Made by a program: the position numbers and the translations under genes
Notes under the pieces: model-generated
Seen by the model: the letters and a program-made list of their open reading frames with translations, nothing else
Databases searched by the model: none
What the model was told of the DNA's origin: nothing
Source: Botryllus schlosseri
Lineage: Eukaryota
Direction: 5' to 3'
DNA length: 64,000 nt
Assembly (NCBI GenBank): GCA_051294905.1
Contig: CM119375.1
Location: 15,004,001-15,068,000, forward strand
Shown: one piece after another, positions 63,380 through 64,000 of the stretch
Layout of the letters: every line of letters starts with the position of its first letter
How positions within the stretch are numbered: position 1 is the stretch's first letter

Positions 63380-64000
63380 CTCGTCGCGCTCCTGGGGTTA
63401 GCATGAACCAGATTAAGAACCACCGTGTAACATGTTTCTGATGCGGAGATGTTTTTTTATGCTTCCGGTGCTAGAAGCAGGTATGGAAACTATAATTCTC
63501 GGTGATGAAATAATTTGGCCTAAAAAGCTAAGTGTAGTCGCACTGTCTGTCACGCATGCAATAAATATCTTGTGATCGCAAATGCATCATACAGCTCGAA
63601 CATACAAATATCCGTATCATATCCACAAGAAGGCTACCGGTAGAACTGCAGTTAATGAATCCGTAAACGACAAGGAACAATCGTTCGAACTTTTGCATCT
63701 GGGCTTTTGGATAGGGTTATAGCATGAGCGCTGAGTAAGCAAACATTGCTTAAGAGCCATGTTAGCTTCGTAACTATAGGAGTGTTCTTGAAAATAAAAA
63801 CATAAGTATGCAAATATGTTGGATTTCGATAACTCGTCTCACGCCAAAAGGAATCCTAACATGCCTAGTTGCCCGTCATCACTCGAGAATGAAAAAAAAT
63901 TTGAAAAAATTCGTTGCTCGTAGGTTTTCTGCTCGTAAATATATGACAAGCCGCCGCACAAACCCAAGTCGACAACTTGCAATCCTGCATAGATCGTAAA

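Overview
AT-rich eukaryotic (metazoan) genomic DNA. The mix of 59-77 nt and TE-filled multi-kb GT-AG introns, the MetaSINE-type SINE and the hAT MITE load suggest a marine invertebrate, possibly a tunicate (inference). No prokaryotic features are present. Two intron-containing genes were assembled by hand with matching splice phases, both on the minus strand. The first is a LARP6-like La-motif/RRM gene (ATG 6931, 7 exons, running off the left edge). The second is a complete 16-exon TTC39A/B-like gene (51078 to 32966, about 618 aa). Most other recognisable sequence is transposon-derived: many non-autonomous hAT elements with visible TIRs and 8-bp TSDs (two nested pairs), a Buster/Charlie transposase remnant, a Chapaev3-like 3' fragment, an L2-clade LINE 3' end, a Tx1-clade LINE 5' half, two MetaSINE-like copies and a foldback element built from telomere-like 22-bp repeats. 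The best leads are: the LARP6 La motif has lost several canonical RNA-binding residues and carries a long Q/H/P-rich N-terminus; the Tx1 element has TAATG stop-start coupled ORFs; the telomere-like foldback lies in a TTC39 intron; and there are candidate unannotated genes or exons at 8.6-10.3 kb, 19.4 kb and 51.3-53.2 kb. I found no unambiguous wholly new system. All homology calls are from recalled motifs, not database searches.
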